From positions 9,066 to 73,065 of the forward strand of contig CAZVJU010000001.1 in assembly GCA_964627195.1 (NCBI GenBank): DNA of 64,000 nucleotides, written 5' to 3'. The DNA comes from an uncultured Gammaproteobacteria bacterium (GTDB taxonomy: Bacteria; Patescibacteriota; Microgenomatia; UBA8517). This document shows, piece after piece, positions 21,871-30,295 of the stretch; within the stretch, counting starts at the first letter, position 1, and each line of letters begins with the position of its first letter. The notes under the pieces were generated by a model. It worked only from the letters and a program-made list of their open reading frames with translations, was not told the origin of the DNA and did no database searches. The position numbers were made by a program, and so were the translations under genes.

Positions 21871-23031
21871 ATGGTCTCTAAATTTAAAGAGGTTGCAGCA
21901 ATTTTAGTCATTTCCATCCTCCCTACATTATTTCTTTGGATTCCTTTTTTCTTCCGATTGCAAAGCGTCTGGGGTATTCCTATCCCCCAAAACGGCATGG
22001 GGACGATTGTCGCTAATTACGATGGTCCTTTATATTTGGTTGTCGCAAAAACTCTCTATAACCCCGATTTATTAGGAAATTTCGAATTCGGACTACCCTC
22101 CTCTTACTATGCAGCTCATTTCCCTTTGTTTCCTAGTTTAATTAGGGTTTTTTCGAGTATTTTCGGCTTTCCCTACTCTATGCTATTTGTAACAGCCGTC
22201 TCTTCAATACTAGCCGTTTATTTTTTCAGTCAATTTATCAAAGACTTTGTTGATAAAAAGCATGTACTCTGGATAACTTTAGTATTTGCAGTATTTCCCG
22301 CCCGGTGGCTAATCGTCCGGTCAGTCGGATCGGCAGAACCTTTATTTTCGGCAGCTATTATTGCTTCCCTGTACTACTTCAGAAAGGAAAAATATTTTTG
22401 GGCTGGAATTTGGGGGGCAATAGCGCAGCTAACAAAATCGCCTGCAATTCTTCTCTTCTTAGCCTATTTTCTTTCTCTTACACTTCCCAGAATAAAAGCT
22501 GCCGCCACAATAAACTCACCAAGGTTGGCTATTTCGTTCGGATTAATCAAAAAATACTTGTTAATAAGTTTAATTCCTCTGGCCTTGGCTGGAGTCTTTT
22601 TTCTCTATAAAGTACGTATGAGTGATTTCTTTGCATATTTTCACTCCGGAGACAACATTCATCTATTTTTCCCGCCTTTCCAAATATTTAATTACTCACA
22701 ACCCTGGGTCGGAACATTTTGGTTGGAAGAAGTAATTTTTGTTTATCTTTTTGGACTACTTGGTCTGATAAAACTGATACGGATGAAGGAAAATTACCTT
22801 GCATGGTTTGTGGGGCTATTTTTTGTTTCAACACTTTTCGTTTCCCACAGAGACATCATCCGTTACTCCTTGCCGATGGTACCATTTTTATTTGCAGCTT
22901 TTTCAGAAACAATTACGAAGAAAGAGTTTAAACTCGCTATGTGTATTCTTATTATTCCCGTATATCTTTTTTCACTAGCCTATATTTCCCAAAACGTTAT
23001 GCCCATCTCCGATTGGGGACCACTTTTGTAA
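21871..23031 (+). CDS. Polytopic membrane protein, probable GT-C-type glycosyltransferase
   Basis: 386 aa with about 10 TM helices. The first loop, NYDGPLYLVVAKTLYNP, resembles PMT_2-like proteins. This is a weak assignment. Confidence 0.5.
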   Translation: MVSKFKEVAAILVISILPTLFLWIPFFFRLQSVWGIPIPQNGMGTIVANYDGPLYLVVAKTLYNPDLLGNFEFGLPSSYYAAHFPLFPSLIRVFSSIFGFPYSMLFVTAVSSILAVYFFSQFIKDFVDKKHVLWITLVFAVFPARWLIVRSVGSAEPLFSAAIIASLYYFRKEKYFWAGIWGAIAQLTKSPAILLFLAYFLSLTLPRIKAAATINSPRLAISFGLIKKYLLISLIPLALAGVFFLYKVRMSDFFAYFHSGDNIHLFFPPFQIFNYSQPWVGTFWLEEVIFVYLFGLLGLIKLIRMKENYLAWFVGLFFVSTLFVSHRDIIRYSLPMVPFLFAAFSETITKKEFKLAMCILIIPVYLFSLAYISQNVMPISDWGPLL

Positions 23032-23097
23032 AGGCTATTTCTTTTTGAAGAATCTTGCTAAGTTCCAGCTTTTCCAAATAAGCGAAGCTTGTTTGTC

Positions 23098-24240
23098 TCA
23101 CTTGGAAATTTTAGGAAATTTCCAAGCTCGCCAAATAACAACGTTGTACATAAAGTAGTTATAGGGAAGAACAAGAAAAACTATTATAAAAGGTAGTGCG
23201 AGTTGACGGTATTGAGCTCCAAAGAATATATCTGACAATGTTCCAAACACTACTTGAATACCGAGAGCTCCGGCTGAAGTTAAGTTAAACTGTAAGAATT
23301 TTTTGATTAAATTTCCAGATCCGGTAATTTTCTCAGATTTGAATGTCCAGATATTATTGAAGATAAAGTTATTGACAATTGCCAGCTCGGTTGAGGCTCC
23401 CCAGGCCAATGGTCCGGGAAACATCCACTTCGTAAAAAGCCAGAGGGTAGAGGCATTAACAACATACCCTGTAAATCCGACAGTCCCGAATTTTATAAAT
23501 TTGGCTTTATCTTTTATCCCCAAAATAACGGCAACTTTAAACGTTGCAATCATTTCTTTCGTATTAAATTTTGATTTGTCAGTTACTCTCGGTCGAAATT
23601 CCAAAGGCACTTCTTTTACTTTCTTGGCATTTTTTATCGATTGATACAAAAGATCAACTTTGTAGGCGAACCTCTCTTTTTCCATTAAATTGTCTAAGTC
23701 AATCCTATCTAATACTCCCTTTACTTTAGTTAATCTGAAACCGGTTGTTAAATCATGAAGAGAGGGTTTCAGAAGAACCAATCTGATAAACAAGTTTCCT
23801 GCAAAGCTCACAAATTTTCTAAAAAATGCCCATTCTTTGGGTACTGAACCTCCCGGGATATAGCGAGAACCAATAACATATTCAGCACCTTCCAAATATG
23901 CCTCTACCATTGGTTTTACGAATTGAGGCGGGTGCTGACCATCAGCATCCATTTCCATCACAGCATCGGCTCCCAGCTTTTCAATCGCATATTTAAATCC
24001 GACGACATAAGCATTTCCCAGACCTTTTTTGTCTCCCTGCTGAACAATATGAAGATTTTTCCTTTTCTTCATTTCTTCTTCAACTATCTCTGTCATCCCA
24101 TCCGTGGAATAGTTATCGGCAACAAGAAGATGCATATCTGCATTGATTTTGGGAAATACCTCATCAAACAAGGTGTCAATCATTCTTTTGATATTCTCTA
24201 CTTCATTCCAAGCAGCCATAACAATTACAACTTTTTCCAT
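23098..24240 (-). CDS. Polyprenol-monophosphate sugar synthase (DPM1/Ppm1-like GT2) fused to a GtrA-like C-terminal membrane domain
   Basis: Motifs VIVMAAWNEVENI, VADNYSTDG and MEMDADGQHPP in the N-terminal half. The C-terminal half has 4 TM helices starting FIKFGTVGFTGYVVN (GtrA pattern). Confidence 0.85.
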   Translation of the reverse strand: MEKVVIVMAAWNEVENIKRMIDTLFDEVFPKINADMHLLVADNYSTDGMTEIVEEEMKKRKNLHIVQQGDKKGLGNAYVVGFKYAIEKLGADAVMEMDADGQHPPQFVKPMVEAYLEGAEYVIGSRYIPGGSVPKEWAFFRKFVSFAGNLFIRLVLLKPSLHDLTTGFRLTKVKGVLDRIDLDNLMEKERFAYKVDLLYQSIKNAKKVKEVPLEFRPRVTDKSKFNTKEMIATFKVAVILGIKDKAKFIKFGTVGFTGYVVNASTLWLFTKWMFPGPLAWGASTELAIVNNFIFNNIWTFKSEKITGSGNLIKKFLQFNLTSAGALGIQVVFGTLSDIFFGAQYRQLALPFIIVFLVLPYNYFMYNVVIWRAWKFPKISK

Positions 24241-24338
24241 CAGATCAATCGTAACAGAATCTCATTAATTAAAACAAGAGGAAGTACTTTGCACCTTAGA
24301 GGTGAAATAGATTCACACCTTGGAGAAATATTCACTTC

Positions 24339-25550
24339 TTATTCATACCGTATCGCTTCGATTGGCGGGAGTTTGGCGGCACGCCGAGCTGGAAAAACTC
24401 CGAAAAATATTCCAATTGCGGAAGAAACGATGAGTGAAATTAAAACTGCGAATATATTAATTGAAGCAGGAAAGAAAATACGTACAATCATAATTATACC
24501 AATCGCTAAAAGTAGTCCTAATATTCCGCCAAACAAAGAAAGTAGTACAGATTCTGTCAGAAACTGTTTTAAAATATCATTTTGTGTCGCGCCTACTGCA
24601 CGTCTAATTCCTATTTCCTTTGTTCGCTCGGTAACTGTTGCAAACATTATATTCATAATTCCTATTCCGCCAACCACAAGCGATATCGACCCAATTGCAA
24701 TTAGCACCGAGTTTATTATGGAAAAAATCTGATTTATGGTATTTAGTAGTTCCGCTTGTTCTGTTACTGCAAAATCTTCTTCGTCGTAGCGCTTTAAAAG
24801 TGCACCTTCAGCTTTTGTTTTGGCTACAGTTACCATATCGTCAGACTTAACACCCAAATAAATTGCCCAAAAAGTCTTATCCGGATTTAGGCTTCCATAT
24901 GTTGTCTTGTATGGAACAAAAATTCCATTATCTGCCTCGCGATCACCTTTCTTCTTCGCAACGCCAATAATTTTGAATCTAGCATCTTCAAAACGAATGG
25001 TCTTACCAACAGACTTCTCAGCACTTCCGAACAAATCCGTTGCAATAGTATTACCCAAAACCGCAATTTTAACTCCTGATTGGACGTCTGATTTATTGAA
25101 AAGCTCCCCATTTGCGGCCTCAATATTCATTAGCTTAAATCCGTCTTCGTTCATTCCCATAACGCTTGCTACCTTTTTCTCGCCACCAGCTTCAACGGCC
25201 ACACCTTTCATAAAAACCGGTACAACATAATCAATCTCAGAAACTCTTTGTAATAAACTCACATCTCTCTCGTCAAAACTAACTCCTCCCACAGTACCCT
25301 GACCTCCAAAACTTGCACCACCCTCACCGGTAAACCCGCTTCCGGGCAAGATCATAATCAGGTTCGCCCCCATATTTTCAAACTGTCCTTCTATGTAGTT
25401 TTTTAAGCCTAATCCAAGTGCAATCAGAAGCACAACAGATAAAACTCCGATCATTATTCCTAAAGATGTTAAAGCCGTACGAACTTTATTCCGCTTAAAG
25501 TCTTCCAGCGCTACTTTAGCCAAATGTATATAACCGTTTTGGATTTTCAT
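24339..25550 (-). CDS. ABC transporter permease, MacB/FtsX family
   Basis: N-terminal TM, a large extracytoplasmic domain, and a C-terminal 3-TM FtsX module with TERTKEIGIRRAVGAT. Confidence 0.85.
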   Translation of the reverse strand: MKIQNGYIHLAKVALEDFKRNKVRTALTSLGIMIGVLSVVLLIALGLGLKNYIEGQFENMGANLIMILPGSGFTGEGGASFGGQGTVGGVSFDERDVSLLQRVSEIDYVVPVFMKGVAVEAGGEKKVASVMGMNEDGFKLMNIEAANGELFNKSDVQSGVKIAVLGNTIATDLFGSAEKSVGKTIRFEDARFKIIGVAKKKGDREADNGIFVPYKTTYGSLNPDKTFWAIYLGVKSDDMVTVAKTKAEGALLKRYDEEDFAVTEQAELLNTINQIFSIINSVLIAIGSISLVVGGIGIMNIMFATVTERTKEIGIRRAVGATQNDILKQFLTESVLLSLFGGILGLLLAIGIIMIVRIFFPASINIFAVLISLIVSSAIGIFFGVFPARRAAKLPPIEAIRYE

Positions 25551-25557
25551 GGTTTTT

Positions 25558-25595
25558 CACACCGGGTGTGTCAACCCAGCACACACCCGGTGTGG
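25558..25595 (+). repeat. CACACCSGGTGTG nested-palindrome element, copy B (short form)
   Basis: CACACCGGGTGTGTCAACCCAGCACACACCCGGTGTGG, located between the ABC ATPase stop and the permease start. Confidence 0.8.
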
Positions 25596-25599
25596 ATGT

Positions 25600-26277
25600 T
25601 TACAGATATTTCTCAACCACTTCCCCGTCTTTGATATAAATTTGCCTTTTGGTTTTTGCCGCAATGTTATGTTCATGAGTGACTAAAATAACCGTTACAC
25701 CAAAGTCCTTATTTAAATTCTTCAAGATAGCTATGATTTCATCCCCTGTTTTACTGTCCAAATTGCCTGTCGGCTCATCGGCCAGTATTATTTTCGGCTG
25801 CATGATAAGTGCTCTGGCTATTGCTACTCTTTGTTGCTGACCACCTGATATTTTATTCGGGAAAAAATTCTTTCGCTCTAGTATCCCGAATTTCCCAAGA
25901 AGATCTTCTGCCCTCTGCCCTGCATTAAACGAAATTGGATCTTTAGAATATTTTGTCGGCAGAAGCACATTTTCCATTACCGTAAAGCGATTTATTAGGT
26001 TAAAGCTCTGAAAAACAAATCCAACGGTTTTATTTCTTATCTTGGATAATTCGGCATCTGTCAATTTGGCAACATCATACCCTTCCAAAATGACTTTCCC
26101 TGAAGTCGGTTGCTCAAGAAGACCGATGATATGCATGAGCGTCGATTTCCCACTTCCTGAAGAACCTAAAATTCCAATAAATTCCTTTTCCTCGATAGTC
26201 AAACTTATGTCCCGAACTGCTTTTACCTCTTCGTCTCCCAGAAAGTAAGATTTATTGACATGTTCAAGCTTAATCAT
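25600..26277 (-). CDS. ABC transporter ATP-binding protein (MacB/LolD-type)
   Basis: Walker A GSSGSGKST, signature ISGGQQQRVAIARAL and Walker B ILADEPTGNLD. I prefer the start MIKLEHV at 26277. Confidence 0.92.
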   Translation of the reverse strand: MIKLEHVNKSYFLGDEEVKAVRDISLTIEEKEFIGILGSSGSGKSTLMHIIGLLEQPTSGKVILEGYDVAKLTDAELSKIRNKTVGFVFQSFNLINRFTVMENVLLPTKYSKDPISFNAGQRAEDLLGKFGILERKNFFPNKISGGQQQRVAIARALIMQPKIILADEPTGNLDSKTGDEIIAILKNLNKDFGVTVILVTHEHNIAAKTKRQIYIKDGEVVEKYL

Positions 26278-27304
26278 ACACAACGTCGCCTTCTTTAACA
26301 TTACTTTTTATTTCTGTTCTTTCCTCACCCTCCAGCCCTACTTCCACATAGACCTTAGTGTTAACTTTTCCTAAATTCAAGTAATTTCCCTTGGTATCAG
26401 AATTAACGAATGTTGACGGAACAAAAAGCACGTCCTCTTTTTGCGATAAAACAAATTTTGCATCGCCTGTCATCCCAATTCGAAGCTTGTCCAAATCAAG
26501 GTCCGTATCAGAAAACCTAACTTTTACTTCATAGACAGCCCCGGCTTCTCCCACCTTTGGAGTCAAACTAATAAACTCAACACGACCTTCATAGTCATTT
26601 TCAGGAAAGGAATCCAACACAATAATCACCTTTTGCCCCTTTGCAATTTGGTTGACTTCACTCTGATCTGCACTTACTTCAAAAAGTACGGTTTTCGGAT
26701 TAACTATTTCTATCTGACTCTCGGTCAAAGAGGTGTTAATACCGGTATAGGGGTGGGTTACGCTTGAAATTATGCCGTCAAATGGAGCCCGGAGAGTGGC
26801 ATTATTTAAGCTCTGTTGGGCGGAAATGTATGCCCTATAAGCTTTATCCCTATTCGTTTCGGCAATGGTTCTTGCCTCTATCTGCGCGAAAGTTTCATCT
26901 TTGACGTGACCCTGAACATCATCATAAGTCCTGGTCCTGGAAGCATCGTAACGCCGTAAATCGGCTTCAGCTGCAAGATATGTTTGATAAAGGACGGTTG
27001 CGTCAAGTTTCGCCAACACATCATCCTTTTTAACCTCTTGCCCCTCGGTAACTCCCACATAATCCAACTCCCCTGAACTGAGAAAAGATAGCCGCGCATG
27101 CTCATCTGCTTGCACTTCCCCGGAAAGTATCAATTCCTCACGAACCATTCCCTTTTCAATTTTGGCTTCTTCAAAACCATCTTTTGACGGGAAGATGTAT
27201 TTTCTTGCCATAAAAAAACCAATTCCAATAACGAGCACTAACACTAGAATTAATTTCTTCCGCTTTAAAACTCTTTGGAAAAATGATGTTAATCTTGTTC
27301 CCAT
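26270..27304 (-). CDS. HlyD/MacA-type periplasmic adaptor (membrane fusion protein)
   Basis: N-terminal TM, a coiled-coil middle (LYQTYLAAEADLRRY...) and a beta-barrel C-terminus. It lies upstream of the ABC pair. I prefer the start MGTRLTS at 27304. Confidence 0.7.
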   Translation of the reverse strand: MGTRLTSFFQRVLKRKKLILVLVLVIGIGFFMARKYIFPSKDGFEEAKIEKGMVREELILSGEVQADEHARLSFLSSGELDYVGVTEGQEVKKDDVLAKLDATVLYQTYLAAEADLRRYDASRTRTYDDVQGHVKDETFAQIEARTIAETNRDKAYRAYISAQQSLNNATLRAPFDGIISSVTHPYTGINTSLTESQIEIVNPKTVLFEVSADQSEVNQIAKGQKVIIVLDSFPENDYEGRVEFISLTPKVGEAGAVYEVKVRFSDTDLDLDKLRIGMTGDAKFVLSQKEDVLFVPSTFVNSDTKGNYLNLGKVNTKVYVEVGLEGEERTEIKSNVKEGDVVYD

Positions 27305-27336
27305 ATTTCTTATGGTACGATATACGTGCAAGACAC

Positions 27337-27359
27337 AAAAAAACACCCTACGTGGGGTA
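27337..27359 (-). terminator. Possible intrinsic terminator after the major pilin gene
   Basis: The minus strand reads a short GC hairpin (ACCC..GGGT) followed by T7. The stem is weak. Confidence 0.3.
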
Positions 27360-27469
27360 AACGAATTTTATCACAGAAAGAACACCTGATAGAAGAACTA
27401 TTTTCCCAGCATAACTACACCAAAATTTTCTTCCGACATCGCTAAGTTTGAAAAACAAAGGGTCAAACT

Positions 27470-27994
27470 TTACCTCGACACTTGAATAACTTCACTAAGT
27501 TCGTCTGAACACGCGGCTATAGTTACTATTCCATTATTAACGTGAACAGTATATTCCGTATGATCGGTTGTAACTCCGCCTGGATCGGTAGGCAAACTTC
27601 CCAAATATGGGGAATCTGGCGAGGTTGCATTAACAAGTCTTGTTTCTAAATCAGCGCAGTCACCGGTTGCAGCGACTCCACAACCCGCAACAGCATTGCA
27701 TCCTGTAGTGATTCCTGTATTTACTATTTCTTTTACAGTATCATCGTCTACTAGGTCGCAAGATGCCAAAAGGCCATCCTCGTCAACAAGACATTCATGA
27801 ACTGCGGTTAATATTTGATTAACATCATTCCACCGCCTTGCGTTTCTGGTCTCAGCCAATCTTTGTGCAGGATTTAGCGCAGCAAAAACTACAACCAGAA
27901 GTACAGATAAAATTGCAACAACAAGTAAGATTTCAATTAGGGTAAATCCTCGCTTTAGGGTAAGTGTGGATTTATTTAATTTGAGCAGGTTCAA
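27470..27994 (-). CDS. Type IV pilin (candidate major pilin)
   Basis: Prepilin motif KRG|FTLIEILLVVAILSVLLVV. It uses a TTG start with GGAGGTGA 8 nt upstream. The C-terminal region is rich in paired Cys. Confidence 0.85.
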   Translation of the reverse strand: MNLLKLNKSTLTLKRGFTLIEILLVVAILSVLLVVVFAALNPAQRLAETRNARRWNDVNQILTAVHECLVDEDGLLASCDLVDDDTVKEIVNTGITTGCNAVAGCGVAATGDCADLETRLVNATSPDSPYLGSLPTDPGGVTTDHTEYTVHVNNGIVTIAACSDELSEVIQVSR

Positions 27995-28089
27995 AATTTC
28001 TCACCTCCGATCACTATAACAGTATTTAAGTATAGGCACACTTCACCTCCTCTTGTCAATTATGTTTACAAAAAGGAAGGATCTCTACT

Positions 28090-29196
28090 CTAAAGCCTTC
28101 CCAAAATTATGATTACCTCGTAGTCATCATTCTCTAGAAGTTTTCCGCTTTCTGTAGCTACTTTATACTCCTCTCCAAGTATGTCAACTAAACTTTGGTA
28201 ATTCACTTCCGGAAATGCATCTTTTTTTAGTATCTGAGTTTCACCAAGGTTAGATGCGGAAGCATTGCCTATATCAACATTAACGTAGCCTTCCTCTTTC
28301 AGTTTTTCTGCAAGATTAGTAGCTGCGCCGGCCACACCTGAGCCGTTTTGTACCTGAATTTTAAAAGCTGCTAAATCTGCTTCGGAAGCTGCAATCCCAA
28401 CTTCTTCAGAGATAGTTGGTGTTGGCATACTTGTCGGAGTTAAAGTGAGAGACACTTGATCCTCAACTTTGTTGCTAGAAACACTTCGTAAATAGAAAAA
28501 TACACCGGCTCCTACAACAGAAAGGAGTGTAACTATCATTAAAAAGTAGGTGGTAAAGGTTAATTTAGATTTTTCCTGCGATTCAACTTTAGCATCATCC
28601 CTCAAATCCATCTTTTCATCTTTACCCGTTTCTGGGGATTGACTCAAAGGTCTTAAATTCAAAACTTCCTCATCTTTGCCCGAGATATCTTCTTTCAAAG
28701 TTATACCGATAATCGGATTTAAATTCCTTGTTTTGGCAACAACTTCTGCTTCGACTGCTTCAACTTCAATCTCAATCCGGTTAAGAGCTTCGCTTAATTT
28801 TGAAAATACATCCTTTACTGGAGAAAAAACTATAACTTGCCTCTCACTTCCCTTCTGGTCTTCGCCTCCAGCTTTAAAATCCAGCTCTTTAAAATCCCAG
28901 TCGCCTTCTTCGAGAGCCTCGGGAATTTTGTCTTGAATTTGGTTTTTTATATACTCGCGAGCACCTTCTTTATCAATTTCATCAGGTAGAGTAAGTCGTA
29001 CAACATAGCTAAGATCATCGCCTAAAAGAATTCTTACTTTTGTAAACTTAAAATGGTCTTTTAATTTGGATAAGACAATATCCAGTGTAGTCTTATCCCA
29101 ACCATACTCCACTGCATCCGCTATCTTTGATTTATCTTTTACTTTTGCGCCGACGATTCTTTCTTTTGTCAGAGCTATAACAAATGTGTCGCTCAT
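28090..29196 (-). CDS. Pilus-operon membrane protein with a C-terminal LytR_C-like domain
   Basis: About 210 aa of cytoplasmic N-terminus, one TM (FTTYFLMIVTLLSVVGAGVFFYL) and the C-terminus FKIQVQNGSGVAGAATNLAEKLKEEGY (LytR_C pattern). Confidence 0.5.
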   Translation of the reverse strand: MSDTFVIALTKERIVGAKVKDKSKIADAVEYGWDKTTLDIVLSKLKDHFKFTKVRILLGDDLSYVVRLTLPDEIDKEGAREYIKNQIQDKIPEALEEGDWDFKELDFKAGGEDQKGSERQVIVFSPVKDVFSKLSEALNRIEIEVEAVEAEVVAKTRNLNPIIGITLKEDISGKDEEVLNLRPLSQSPETGKDEKMDLRDDAKVESQEKSKLTFTTYFLMIVTLLSVVGAGVFFYLRSVSSNKVEDQVSLTLTPTSMPTPTISEEVGIAASEADLAAFKIQVQNGSGVAGAATNLAEKLKEEGYVNVDIGNASASNLGETQILKKDAFPEVNYQSLVDILGEEYKVATESGKLLENDDYEVIIILGRL

Positions 29197-29197
29197 C

Positions 29198-29605
29198 TTA
29201 ATTTACCTCCTCCCAACTTGTAATCGAGACACTTGTATCCCGAACCGCTTGAATCTGGACTTTTTTGGCATAATTATCTACGGCTCCCGATACTGTAAAA
29301 TCCCAGTTGTTGCCTACGTGTGAATTCATAATAACCGAACATACTACTTGTGGTAAAATTCCGCTCGGAGGTATTGTTACGCTAGAAGGCAGAGTATTAG
29401 TCTCATTGAGAGTCAAGAGTACATCTTCAACACATGCTTCGAGTATATTTACTATCTCCTCGCTTCTCTTGCCGGCAAACGCGGATTGCAAATCATTAAT
29501 AGAAAGAAGTGAGGTAGAAACACCAATCAGTATTACTAAAGCGACAATTACCAAAAGCGTTATTAAAGCTACGAATCCATTTTGGCTTACATTTTTTTTA
29601 TCCAT
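29198..29605 (-). CDS. PilX-like minor pilin / pseudopilin
   Basis: N-terminus QNGFVALITLLVIVALVILIGV is a hydrophobic pilin-like helix without Glu5. The gene lies inside the pilin cluster. Confidence 0.5.
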   Translation of the reverse strand: MDKKNVSQNGFVALITLLVIVALVILIGVSTSLLSINDLQSAFAGKRSEEIVNILEACVEDVLLTLNETNTLPSSVTIPPSGILPQVVCSVIMNSHVGNNWDFTVSGAVDNYAKKVQIQAVRDTSVSITSWEEVN

Positions 29606-29614
29606 ATAGTGATT

Positions 29615-30124
29615 TCAATTTGACCTTAACTCCGCAGTAGCTTGAAACGTCTCGTTTTTTTGGAATTCTTTTCTTTGGGCAACACTCTCTATTGTTATAG
29701 CAAAACCGATGTTTAAAGACGCAGTTCCGCTTGATAGATTAGTAAAGTTTAAACTAGTAACAGACACTTGATTGCTGGTTATCGGACAGGGAGAAGTTGA
29801 CGGACAAGATCCTCCAGAACCGTAGCCAATTCTTAATCTGCCACCAGATAGATCAATTACAGTCGGATTCCTACTTGAATCAGTCATTTGAAGTGAAATC
29901 GAAGTCGGATTGACCGGTAGATTCAAGTCCTGTGCATTTCTTATCTCATACATAATTCTTTTACCAGCTAAACGGACATTCTGATTCACTTCCTGATGAG
30001 TGTAGGATTTTACCCGGCCGTAAGTAACATCCCACATAAAAAGAATTGCACCGGTCAAAAAGATTGCCAAAATAGCAACATAAAGTATCATTTCAACCAA
30101 AGTAAAGCCTGAACATACAGACAC
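29615..30124 (-). CDS. Type IV pseudopilin
   Basis: SG|FTLVEMILYVAILAIF. I prefer the GTG at 30124, which gives the leader MSVCSG. The track ATG at 30226 would translate through repeat copy C. Confidence 0.7.
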   Translation of the reverse strand: MSVCSGFTLVEMILYVAILAIFLTGAILFMWDVTYGRVKSYTHQEVNQNVRLAGKRIMYEIRNAQDLNLPVNPTSISLQMTDSSRNPTVIDLSGGRLRIGYGSGGSCPSTSPCPITSNQVSVTSLNFTNLSSGTASLNIGFAITIESVAQRKEFQKNETFQATAELRSN

Positions 30125-30182
30125 ACCGGGTGTGTGATTCCTCTTTGTACCATATAAATTTGGATCACACACCCGGTGTGAA
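30120..30182 (-). repeat. CACACCSGGTGTG nested-palindrome element, copy C
   Basis: The reverse complement, TTCACACCGGGTGTGTGATCCAAATTTATAT..GAATCACACACCCGGTGTG, matches copy A arm for arm. Confidence 0.85.
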
Positions 30183-30295
30183 GTACTTTTCCGCGCTTTA
30201 CTTTTTTCTTTCATGGATTTCTCCATTGGCCAAGTCCCAGTTTCTCCATGTTAGCATATGTGTTTAACTCCTGAGTAGATGTATCGAAGCTGAGA

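Noticed and set aside
23923-24732. 269-aa plus-strand ORF spanning the DPM1-GtrA and MacB-permease genes
   Set aside because: It is antisense to two well-supported genes and crosses their intergenic gap. Its composition is low-complexity and Ile/Phe/Ser-rich, typical of AT-rich shadow frames.
27305-27346. N-terminal extension of the MacA-like ORF (MFFCVLHVYRTIRN)
   Set aside because: The extension covers the putative pilin terminator hairpin and T-run. The internal MGTRLTS start precedes the TM helix.
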